Shown in pieces: positions 44,410-52,467 of a DNA stretch of 64,000 bases. Numbering within the stretch: position 1 is the stretch's first letter; the number at the start of each line of letters is the position of its first letter. Origin of the DNA: a virus (lineage: Duplodnaviria; Caudoviricetes); IMG/VR virus record IMGVR_UViG_3300024331_000007, positions 224,001 to 288,000 of that record; one strand, given 5' to 3'. The translations under genes were made by a program, and so were the position numbers. Below the pieces are notes generated by a model, which saw nothing but the letters and a program-made list of their open reading frames with translations, was not told the DNA's origin and did not search any database.

Positions 44410-45897
44410 TTAACCAATCTTGAAACAGATTTTCCCACCGGGTCTTGACGATGCACTGTAGTTTTTTCGGCTGAAAAATTTAACTGTTCCTGTGAATACA
44501 GGTGGCCAAATTACTTGGAAGTTTGAGAACGATGCTCCATTACCAGTTTTCTTAACGCTCGTCTTAACTTGAAGCATATTGCTGCGGCTCAAAATCTCTC
44601 TGAAAAAGTCAGTCACAAATTTTGAGTTCTTATTCAAATGATCAGTGACTGAGTGAGCCACGATGGTTAGCAAATGATAACCAACTGTATAATTCGGACT
44701 GTTCACATTTGGATTTGTGACTGGATTTTTCAGCAATGCCTTTAGCTCTTTCGACAAATGCTTCTTATCCATATGAGGATCGGCGATTGCTCTTTTGATT
44801 TCATCACGCATTGCTGGAGTTATTATCTTATAAAGCACACCAAGGACCAGCGGCCCTTCTTCAGCAGATTTATCCTTCACAACTTTCATAACACTGAACA
44901 GGCTTTTGTACTTTCCGCTTTCCACTAAATCTTCGTATCGTTCTGGATTTCGTTCTATGGCAGAAGTTAAGCTTGTGATGCTTGCTGCTGCTCCGCCCTT
45001 TCCATCCTTGCTGCTGATACCAATCTTATCATTCTTCAGAATTAGATAACTATCAATCAAGGCTTCCCTGTCGCTCATTGGATATCCAATTAATTTGATC
45101 TTCCTCCAACTTGAACCCATTGGTTTCAGCAATTGATCCTCGACTTCTCTGTAATCTCCAGAAACAAAATGTCCTGTGAGTAGCGCGATAGGTGCGGCAA
45201 TTTCTCCAAGGCTAACTTCATATGATGTTGCATATTGGGCAGCATTGGCAACAGGTGTATCAAAACCAGCATATACGTTCTTTACTAGCTGAATAGATTG
45301 CTGACGAACGTCCTGTGGTATTTCTGTATGAGTTGGAAGATTCGTCTGAATTGTTTCCATAATCTCATCAACGGTCATGTATCTGCCGTCACCCACAACG
45401 ACGCTTGGGGTGAGATTCAGGTCAGTTTTTTGTTGTACGTTGTCGTTAATTGAATAACCAGTGTCTCTGGCAAAATCGCTGTTGCTCCAAAAGAATGGAA
45501 CAGCACCAGCACTTTTTGTATTGAATAATTTTACAAATGCAACTGTCTCGCCTCTGCCATTCTTCCATAGAGTAACAAGGGCTGCTCGACCATTCGTATT
45601 AACCAAATTCCAATTTGCATTTGAGATTCTTGCTTTCTTTTGATATTGCGCAAGAACATCCATAACTTTCATGTAACCAGTTTTCAGTAGCTTTTTCTGC
45701 TCTGCTGGCGGAAGTTTACGGGCCTGTTTTGGCAGGGCTTCAATCGTGTCGTTTTCATAAAATGCGGCATCTTCGGGGAAAATAGCATTGCCGATGGCAG
45801 TTATCTTATGCCCGTCTTTGTCGGTGAATACAGCCGACTCCTGTGAGCGGACATATATTCCACGACTTCCAGCTTCTAGTAGTTGATGATATTTCAT
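44410..45897 (-). CDS. 495 aa late hypothetical protein, possibly virion-internal
   Basis: TAAATA (45903-45908)-N5-ATG; MKYHQLLEA N-terminus. Confidence 0.65.
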   Translation of the reverse strand: MKYHQLLEAGSRGIYVRSQESAVFTDKDGHKITAIGNAIFPEDAAFYENDTIEALPKQARKLPPAEQKKLLKTGYMKVMDVLAQYQKKARISNANWNLVNTNGRAALVTLWKNGRGETVAFVKLFNTKSAGAVPFFWSNSDFARDTGYSINDNVQQKTDLNLTPSVVVGDGRYMTVDEIMETIQTNLPTHTEIPQDVRQQSIQLVKNVYAGFDTPVANAAQYATSYEVSLGEIAAPIALLTGHFVSGDYREVEDQLLKPMGSSWRKIKLIGYPMSDREALIDSYLILKNDKIGISSKDGKGGAAASITSLTSAIERNPERYEDLVESGKYKSLFSVMKVVKDKSAEEGPLVLGVLYKIITPAMRDEIKRAIADPHMDKKHLSKELKALLKNPVTNPNVNSPNYTVGYHLLTIVAHSVTDHLNKNSKFVTDFFREILSRSNMLQVKTSVKKTGNGASFSNFQVIWPPVFTGTVKFFSRKNYSASSRPGGKICFKIG

Positions 45898-45984
45898 ACC
45901 CGTATTTATTCCTTTTCGTTAACTTCCCAATTCCTATTTATTACACCCTATTGCCCATTATCATAAATAGAAAAGAGGGTTACG

Positions 45985-46950
45985 ATGAGGATTTCAGAAA
46001 TTATCAATGAAGGTGGTCATGTTTTTGCCGAAAAAACCACTGCAATCAAGCGAGAGGATATCGCGCCGACTTTAGCAGCCTACTTTAAGGAGCTAAAGCA
46101 ATTATTTCCTAAGAAGGCGTCCATTTTTTCCACGGAATACTTCATCCCACTCGGTTCTGTTGGTAAAAAGCCAGTATCAGGCGATATAGATTTGGGTATT
46201 GATGCAAGTACAATTCTTGATAAGACCATGAGCGATACATCTGTTGCAGCATGGAATATTGATCCGAAGCAACTCCAAAAAGAGTTTGAAATTTTACAAA
46301 AGAGAGCTAGATCGTCGTCTCCAGAACAACTCCGAATGAAAGCTTTCCTTAAACTTCTAACCAAATTTCTGAATGCACGATCAAATAACATTGAGTCCAG
46401 TGAAAAGAAAGTAACAACGGGAAACATGTTTACGCTATTCCCACAAGTTACTGCATCTGGCAAAGGAAACGATAAGGGAGTTCAAATCGATTGGATGATT
46501 GGTAATTTAAATTGGCTGAAGTTTTCCTATTATTCTTCTGAATATCCCGAAGGTTCCAATGTAAAGGGGCTGCATCGCACTCAACTGTTGCTCTCTGCTT
46601 TTCAGACGGCTAATCTAGCATTTGATCACGTATCTGGTGTTAAGGACAAGGAGACTGGGAAGATTTTGGCAACCGATCCAGATACAGCATTAAAGGCTCT
46701 TGGAAAACGGTTGGGTTTTGCTATTCCAATTGAGGATGTTGAGAATTTCTATAAGCTGAACGATCTACTTGCAAAAAACATGACACCTCAACAGTATCGT
46801 GAAACTCTTGATAGATACTACAGAACATTGGATTCAACTCGCGCTGATATTCCAGATAATCTTCAAAAGGATTGGCTGACACGAAAGGACGCGCTCAACC
46901 TAACAGGGGCGTTTCTTCCTGATACTTCAAATCTACAGAGATACTTATGA
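45985..46950 (+). CDS. Pol-beta-superfamily nucleotidyltransferase-like protein 1
   Basis: LGSVGKKPVSGDIDL (GS...DxD) plus a downstream VQIDWM acidic strand; TAAATA at 45964-45969. Confidence 0.75.
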   Translation: MRISEIINEGGHVFAEKTTAIKREDIAPTLAAYFKELKQLFPKKASIFSTEYFIPLGSVGKKPVSGDIDLGIDASTILDKTMSDTSVAAWNIDPKQLQKEFEILQKRARSSSPEQLRMKAFLKLLTKFLNARSNNIESSEKKVTTGNMFTLFPQVTASGKGNDKGVQIDWMIGNLNWLKFSYYSSEYPEGSNVKGLHRTQLLLSAFQTANLAFDHVSGVKDKETGKILATDPDTALKALGKRLGFAIPIEDVENFYKLNDLLAKNMTPQQYRETLDRYYRTLDSTRADIPDNLQKDWLTRKDALNLTGAFLPDTSNLQRYL

Positions 46951-47870
46951 TTATAGAATCAGGCGTAACAGGTGCGGAACGAATTAGAAATAGAGCCGAC
47001 TTTGCTCAGTTTGTGAAGTCGTATACACAGGTAATTTCCAAATTTCCCGGTTTTGTGAGCCTGCGCCCTTCTGGAAGCTATAATTCTGACATGAACAAAA
47101 AAGATTTTGGTGACATTGATCTTATTGTTCATATTGAATCTGATAAGCCCAAGCCTGTTGTGAAGAAAGAACTGCAACGATTCTTTGATGCTATGCCCCA
47201 GACTGTTATTGTTCCGTTTACCTCTCCAAAGCATATTGGAAAGAGAACATACAATGCAGGAGAACTTGTCTCTGTTCGTTATCACGATAGCAAGCTGGGT
47301 TACAGTGTTCAAATCGATAATATTGTTGCTCTTACGGCTCTTGAGTCCGATTTTAAGGAACGATTCCTAAATTTTCGGGCAGAAGAACAGGGTATATTGA
47401 TGGGTTTGGTTAAAATTGCGGCCATTGAAACCGATCCAGCTATATTGTTTAAGAAATTAGGCATCAGAAATCCGGGTCCATTAGGACCAAGACAAGAATA
47501 CGAATTTAATCTCAGTGGAACAGATTTGCAACTCCGCAAAGTAACATACGAACCAAACTCGTACAAAGAAATAAAACGAGAAATACTCTGGCGTACAACT
47601 GACTTCAATGCTGTGGCCAAGTTGCTGTATCAGTACGATATTACCGCGAACTTTGATAGTTTAATTGCTCAGGCAAAAGCCAAAGCGAAGAATCCTCGCA
47701 GTAAGTTTAGACTACCGGGTGTTTTTAATTCAATGATTACTGTAAAGAGCGGCGAGGTTGGAACCCAAAAGGGACAAGGAAAAATCGACGCTCAAAACAA
47801 ACTCGCAGATACTTTTGAATCGCATTTCGGTCTTATCTATCGCGCAATTGTTCTCTGTGAAAAATTCTAG
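46947..47870 (+). CDS. Pol-beta-superfamily nucleotidyltransferase-like protein 2
   Basis: PSGSYNS...DFGDIDLIV plus VQIDNI; ATGA overlap with protein 1. Confidence 0.75.
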   Translation: MIIESGVTGAERIRNRADFAQFVKSYTQVISKFPGFVSLRPSGSYNSDMNKKDFGDIDLIVHIESDKPKPVVKKELQRFFDAMPQTVIVPFTSPKHIGKRTYNAGELVSVRYHDSKLGYSVQIDNIVALTALESDFKERFLNFRAEEQGILMGLVKIAAIETDPAILFKKLGIRNPGPLGPRQEYEFNLSGTDLQLRKVTYEPNSYKEIKREILWRTTDFNAVAKLLYQYDITANFDSLIAQAKAKAKNPRSKFRLPGVFNSMITVKSGEVGTQKGQGKIDAQNKLADTFESHFGLIYRAIVLCEKF

Positions 47871-47899
47871 TTGCGCTGCATCAACATAACTGATACTCT
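47871..47899 (+). promoter_or_regulatory. possible sigma70-type promoter
   Basis: TTGCGC-17nt-TACTCT, 8 nt before ATG 47908. Confidence 0.4.
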
Positions 47900-47907
47900 T
47901 ATAGAGT

Positions 47908-48759
47908 ATGAATACTAAACTATATCAGATTTGTTATCTTCCAGAACATTTTTCCGCAGTGGGCGCACGGTTTGACTTTTGGGACAACACAGTCAATGTG
48001 AAACCTGAATTGCGCGAGTATCCAATTTTCGAACGAGCTTATACTTCTAAACTAACCAAAGGTCTTGATTATTGGGGTTTGGTCAGTCCTAAATTTGAAA
48101 AGAAAGCTAATATCACTGGAGGCCAATTTTTGGATTGGGTTGAAACGGTCCAAAAGACCCATCCATGTGATGTATATTTTGTCAATCCAGTTCCCATCGT
48201 GGAGTCAATCTTCCCCGGTACAATCCAGCATGGTGAAAATTGTCATCCCGGTCTTCTGGGCTTATTGCAGCGAAATATTTCAGAAGCCGCAGGAATTGAT
48301 TTAGCATCAATGTACATGGATTGCAACACGTTCTCAATGTGCAACTACTTTATAGGTAATCGTAAATTTTGGGACTCATACATAAACTTCGTCCAAAAAT
48401 TCCTTGATTCTGTTTCAAAAAATCCAGAAGATGACGAATTAATGTATAGAAAGAGTGCCAACTACGGACCCAATAAAACATTACCCTATTATACATTTGC
48501 TGTTGAGCGCCTGTTCAGCATCTTCCTTAATCTGGAACGTAGAAAACAAGGTGGAATAACAGCTACGCACTACACATATTCGCGCGAAGCCCTACTCACG
48601 AAAACAGGTTTGCCTGAGTCTATCATATCAACCCTTATTGCTCTTACAGACATAAAGCAGATGGCAGTTTCGGCTGGATACCCCGGAATGATGCAACATT
48701 GGGCATTTTTTAGAAACCAGCTATGTCAACAGAATCAATATCTGTTTTTGATGGAATAA
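47908..48759 (+). CDS. hypothetical protein, possibly glycosyltransferase-like
   Basis: LYQICY...DN...ELREYP...WGLVSPKF...DVYFVNP...CNYFIG...ERLFS pattern; function inferred only. Confidence 0.45.
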   Translation: MNTKLYQICYLPEHFSAVGARFDFWDNTVNVKPELREYPIFERAYTSKLTKGLDYWGLVSPKFEKKANITGGQFLDWVETVQKTHPCDVYFVNPVPIVESIFPGTIQHGENCHPGLLGLLQRNISEAAGIDLASMYMDCNTFSMCNYFIGNRKFWDSYINFVQKFLDSVSKNPEDDELMYRKSANYGPNKTLPYYTFAVERLFSIFLNLERRKQGGITATHYTYSREALLTKTGLPESIISTLIALTDIKQMAVSAGYPGMMQHWAFFRNQLCQQNQYLFLME

Positions 48760-48767
48760 ATATTGGT

Positions 48768-49463
48768 GTGAACTACGAAAAGATATATCGTCAACTTATA
48801 GATAATCGAAAAAGAGTAAAACCGTCTGGATACAAAGAAAAGCATCATATCCTTCCAAAATGTATGGGAGGAAAAAACAGTAACAGCAATTTGGTGTTTT
48901 TGACTGCAAGAGAACATTATGTCTGTCATAAACTACTTACTAAATTTGTTGATGACAAGTTTAAAGCAAAAATGATATACGCTTGGCATATGATGACGGT
49001 TGATCGAGGGAACAGAAAAGTAAAAATAACTAGTAACGACTACGCAATATTACGAGAACAGCATACATTAGTGGTATCAAACAGAAAAATTTCAAAACAA
49101 ACTAGGAAGAAGATGTCGGCGTGGCAATTAGGAAAAGTTCCTTGGAATAAAGGAAAGACTGGTATTTATTCAGCAGAAACCATTAAGAAAATGTCCGCAA
49201 AAAGAACTGGAACTGTCTCCTCAAAACATACAAAAAAGAAAATTTCTTTAGCTATATCCGGTAGTAATAATCCTATGTTTGGTAAATCTCATACGATAGA
49301 ATCTAAGAAAAAGATGACTGAGGCTAAAATTGGAGCAAATCATCCAAAATTTGGTAAAAAATTCCAATGGGTATTTAATCCTACGACCAATTCTATGAAA
49401 TCTATTATTCACGAAGACTTAGAAAAATATTTACTCAATGGCTTTAGAAAAGGAAGAAAATAA
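48768..49463 (+). CDS. HNH homing endonuclease with NUMOD3-like repeats
   Basis: EKHHILPKCMGG...NLVFLTAREHYVCHKLL. Start reassigned to GTG 48768 (TAAATA 48757-48762, then N5). Confidence 0.85.
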   Translation: MNYEKIYRQLIDNRKRVKPSGYKEKHHILPKCMGGKNSNSNLVFLTAREHYVCHKLLTKFVDDKFKAKMIYAWHMMTVDRGNRKVKITSNDYAILREQHTLVVSNRKISKQTRKKMSAWQLGKVPWNKGKTGIYSAETIKKMSAKRTGTVSSKHTKKKISLAISGSNNPMFGKSHTIESKKKMTEAKIGANHPKFGKKFQWVFNPTTNSMKSIIHEDLEKYLLNGFRKGRK

Positions 49464-50194
49464 TGAAAACATTGTGGCTGATTTCGAGCGCCATCCATAC
49501 GCGCCACGGAATCTTTTCTGCCGAACAGCGCCTTGAACAGACTATAGCCACACTTGAGTCAATCAAGGCTGTAGACCCATCGGCTCGTATTCTTATTGTG
49601 GAAAGTAGCGCAGAAGCATCCATAACAGATGAAGAGTCTGACAAACTGAAGCCATACATCGAAGGTCTATTGAACTTTAATCCAGATGTTCAGGTTCAGG
49701 ATATCTACAAGATGGCTGACAAAAACTGGGATGTGGCTAAGAACCTTACAGAATTGGTAGTTTTTGGTAAGGCGTTGGACTTTCTCATTCGTCAGCAACC
49801 AGACCTGTTGGAAGGTATTGATCGCGTATTCAAAATAAGCGGTCGATACCGTCTTAACGAGAACTTCGACATTTCCAAGCATATCGATCCTAAACAAAAT
49901 GAAAATTACATTTTCGCTGCTAGACGCCCGAGCCAATTCCCAGCAATTGTTACGGATGGTTTGTCCCAGCAAGTAATGAGCAGACTTTGGTCATGGCCCC
50001 CACAGAAAACAGCCCTCATTTTCTTCAGATATAATTTGATGATAGAAGACTTCATTGGAACAATGGCCCAAAAGAAGTACCGCGATATTGAGCATCTTCT
50101 ATTCAAATACTTCGGCGGTCCTTATATGGTCGAACTGCCTGTAATTGGCGTTGAAGGTGAAATCGGTCCAAACGGTGCGGCAGTTAAGGACTAA
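49463..50194 (+). CDS. hypothetical protein, possibly glycosyltransferase-like
   Basis: ISSAI...RLEQT..TLESI...ILIVESS...RVFKISGRY.L pattern; function inferred only. Confidence 0.45.
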   Translation: MKTLWLISSAIHTRHGIFSAEQRLEQTIATLESIKAVDPSARILIVESSAEASITDEESDKLKPYIEGLLNFNPDVQVQDIYKMADKNWDVAKNLTELVVFGKALDFLIRQQPDLLEGIDRVFKISGRYRLNENFDISKHIDPKQNENYIFAARRPSQFPAIVTDGLSQQVMSRLWSWPPQKTALIFFRYNLMIEDFIGTMAQKKYRDIEHLLFKYFGGPYMVELPVIGVEGEIGPNGAAVKD

Positions 50195-50209
50195 TCAAAG
50201 GAAAACATT

Positions 50210-50539
50210 ATGAATCATACCAGCGAAGAAATGATGGCGATAGCGAAGCCAAATTGTTTGATCTGTGTGCCACTAATCAAACCGTGGATAGGCATTGTTA
50301 TAAAGTATGCCGAAGATGACTATGACGAAGCTATCTTCTACCCAAACCCAGATCAGGTAAGAATTTCATCTGGAACAAGAATTGTTAGCAGGTTGTTATC
50401 TGAAGCTGACTCAGATGAAATTAAGAGCGATTGCCAAAAGGCCGGTTCAAACAAAGTTCTATCAGTTGATACTGACTGTTCAACCATAGCCATTTTATCT
50501 TGGGACGAATGGGTTGATTATATGAAAAAGCCAGCTTAA
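50210..50539 (+). CDS. hypothetical protein
   Basis: ORF with AAGGA SD, ends in the terminator. Confidence 0.55.
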   Translation: MNHTSEEMMAIAKPNCLICVPLIKPWIGIVIKYAEDDYDEAIFYPNPDQVRISSGTRIVSRLLSEADSDEIKSDCQKAGSNKVLSVDTDCSTIAILSWDEWVDYMKKPA

Positions 50540-50551
50540 CCGCTGGCTTTT
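50526..50551. terminator. bidirectional intrinsic terminator between convergent genes
   Basis: AAAAGCCAGC-ttaacc-GCTGGCTTTT perfect inverted repeat. Confidence 0.8.
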
Positions 50552-51234
50552 CTGCCTTTCACATATCCTTGTTGTTCATAATCTGACACGTCTTCGGGAC
50601 GCACAAACTTGCATTTCATAGTTTCTGGATGATAAAGCCAAATGTTTCCGCGCTTTTTAGCCCCGATTCGTTTGCGCGATTCTTCCGTATGAGTTTTGCC
50701 TAGCCAAATTTGATTCCCTTTCTTGAATTTAGACATTTTCTGCCTGAACTCTTCAGATCGTGTAGGATATTTCTTACCTGTTCGAACCAACGACATTTTT
50801 CGTTTACACTCGTCTGACAAAGTTCTACCCTTGAGAGCATTCGAAAGATTTTCCCTGTGCTCTTTTGAGAAGTTCCCACCAAAATTTGGATTGTTCTCGC
50901 CCTTCCATTGTTCTGAACGCCATTTCTTTGTTTCATCTGATTGAAGATGACCTTTTGAACCATCTCCACCATCCGTATGATTTAGCAGGATTCCAGTTCC
51001 TTTGTCGCGGCGTCCATACAGATGAATCAGAAGCATTTCGGCTTGAAAAGCGTCAGCCTCAGTCATGCTTTCGGATATGAATGCGATGTTTTTGGTGTCT
51101 TTAGGGACATGAACTCCTACGTGATGAGAGAATGCTCGTTTTCCAAGCCCTTTTCCGATATAATAGGGTGTTCCCGCGTTGCCGTGAACGGAGTCTCGCT
51201 GGCGTAGGTAGGAATAGACGTAATAAATATTCAT
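50536..51234 (-). CDS. GIY-YIG homing endonuclease with NUMOD3-like repeats
   Basis: YYVYSYLR...PYYIGKG...R...E...LLNHTDGGDG; start ATG 51234 after the leader. Confidence 0.85.
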   Translation of the reverse strand: MNIYYVYSYLRQRDSVHGNAGTPYYIGKGLGKRAFSHHVGVHVPKDTKNIAFISESMTEADAFQAEMLLIHLYGRRDKGTGILLNHTDGGDGSKGHLQSDETKKWRSEQWKGENNPNFGGNFSKEHRENLSNALKGRTLSDECKRKMSLVRTGKKYPTRSEEFRQKMSKFKKGNQIWLGKTHTEESRKRIGAKKRGNIWLYHPETMKCKFVRPEDVSDYEQQGYVKGRKASG

Positions 51235-51299
51235 GTGCTGTTGCTCCACGAAGCGATAGGGCAGTTGGGTCTTCACACTGCGAACTGCGATAGTATTTA
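51235..51299 (-). promoter_or_regulatory. late promoter plus conserved structured leader, copy 5
   Basis: TAAATA-ctatc-GCAGTT-CGC-aGT-gtgaag-ACc-C-AACTGC-cctat-cGCT-tcgtgg-AGC-aacagcac-ATG. Confidence 0.7.
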
Positions 51300-51332
51300 T
51301 CTGTGTTGGCTAAATACCAGCAGAGGATACCA

Positions 51333-51896
51333 ATGGCTAAAGATTCCAACCGAATTGATATACAAGCAATTCTTGACAACATCAAAACAGTATCCATGAG
51401 TCCGTCTGCTATGGAGAGCGTTTGTGAGTTTGAACGAGTAATTGACGAAAATGGCCTTTATGCTTTCCATCACTGGAAGGACGGCGAACTCGTTTCCGGT
51501 CCAAACATTACTGCATATCGCGTCACTTGCACATTTTGCTGGCCGCTTGAGAAGATGCCCGATCCTGCTGGTGCGCAACGTCTTCTTTCATATGGTGTAA
51601 AGGTCTATTACAAGAAGGCTTGGTTAGTTTATCCAATCAAGATTAAATCTGAAGACGATTTCAGACCATCCATCAAAAAACCAAGACTCGCCAGAATCAA
51701 GGTTTGGCTTGTCACAATCAATATGCCAAAGTATCTGATTAAGGAAATCAAGCAGAGCAGCAAAGAAATTATCGATCAGGAAATGGATATGGGTGACATT
51801 AACGATAGTTACGAGCAGAACATTAGCCCAGATGAAAATCCGTTAAGCGGAAATGAACCAACTGAATCTGCGCCTATTGCTCCTCAAGGATTCTAA
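51333..51896 (+). CDS. conserved-looking late hypothetical protein
   Basis: TAAATA 51311-51316, GAGG SD, ATG 51333; FERVIDE...WKDGELVSGP...MPDP motif. Confidence 0.7.
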   Translation: MAKDSNRIDIQAILDNIKTVSMSPSAMESVCEFERVIDENGLYAFHHWKDGELVSGPNITAYRVTCTFCWPLEKMPDPAGAQRLLSYGVKVYYKKAWLVYPIKIKSEDDFRPSIKKPRLARIKVWLVTINMPKYLIKEIKQSSKEIIDQEMDMGDINDSYEQNISPDENPLSGNEPTESAPIAPQGF

Positions 51897-51897
51897 C

Positions 51898-52455
51898 ATG
51901 TCAAAGGTATACGAAAGTTTTGAGGCTGGTGATCTGAAGTTGGTCCTTGAACCAAAAATTCAGATTGACGAATTTAGCTCCAAAATCGGCAAAGACGATG
52001 AAATTTGTGTTTTGAGTTTCATAGTGAATGATCGTCAGGCAGCTATTGACCTTGTTGACTTCTTCGAAAAAGGTTACGATTTCATTTTGGATGCTGACAT
52101 TTCCGCCAGCGAAATCAAGCCGGGTAGTTATCTTGTGTTCGTGGAATTACTCCGACGCATGAGAATTATCCCACAAATTTTCAAAATGATTTCTGATCTG
52201 GAAGCTGCAAGTGGACTAAGTCGTAAAGAGTGGAAATTTCGCTATGTAACTGGAAAGGAATATTATACACTGAATAAAGAGGAACTTAAGAAGCATGTTC
52301 CGCTATCACCAAAATCTTACAGAGAACGAGTTGTAACTCCCATCAAAGAGATGCAGAAGTTATCTGGTATCCCAGTTAATGAATCGTTTTCGAAAGACGA
52401 TGCGATTATTCAGGTTCTACAACACGCAGCAGGTATTGATACCCGCACAAAATAA
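51898..52455 (+). CDS. conserved-looking late hypothetical protein
   Basis: AGDL...IQIDEFSSKIG.D...VLSF motif; coupled to the upstream gene. Confidence 0.65.
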   Translation: MSKVYESFEAGDLKLVLEPKIQIDEFSSKIGKDDEICVLSFIVNDRQAAIDLVDFFEKGYDFILDADISASEIKPGSYLVFVELLRRMRIIPQIFKMISDLEAASGLSRKEWKFRYVTGKEYYTLNKEELKKHVPLSPKSYRERVVTPIKEMQKLSGIPVNESFSKDDAIIQVLQHAAGIDTRTK

Positions 52456-52467
52456 AAGGAGTTACAT

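Larger units (their letters stand above)
40605..44413 (+). repeat. family-A paralogue array, right arm (14 genes plus two non-family inserts)
   Basis: 40605-40844, 40841-41164, 41589-41822, 41819-42031, 42273-42482, 42479-42688, 42685-42894, 42891-43130, 43127-43327, 43324-43536, 43533-43775, 43772-43998 (frameshifted), 43995-44216, 44213-44413. Confidence 0.9.

Noticed and set aside
21614-44413. Array junction repeats as a CRISPR array or integron attC sites
   Set aside because: The repeats are coding, degenerate, non-palindromic and 190-300 nt apart; no cas or integrase gene lies in the window.
21614-44413. Diversity-generating retroelement as the source of core variability
   Set aside because: No reverse transcriptase is present, no near-identical TR/VR pair differing at adenines was seen, and cores vary in length.
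3084-51234. Endonuclease genes as group I intron or intein cargo
   Set aside because: Flanking genes have their own starts and stops and are not split; five of the genes are antisense to their neighbours.
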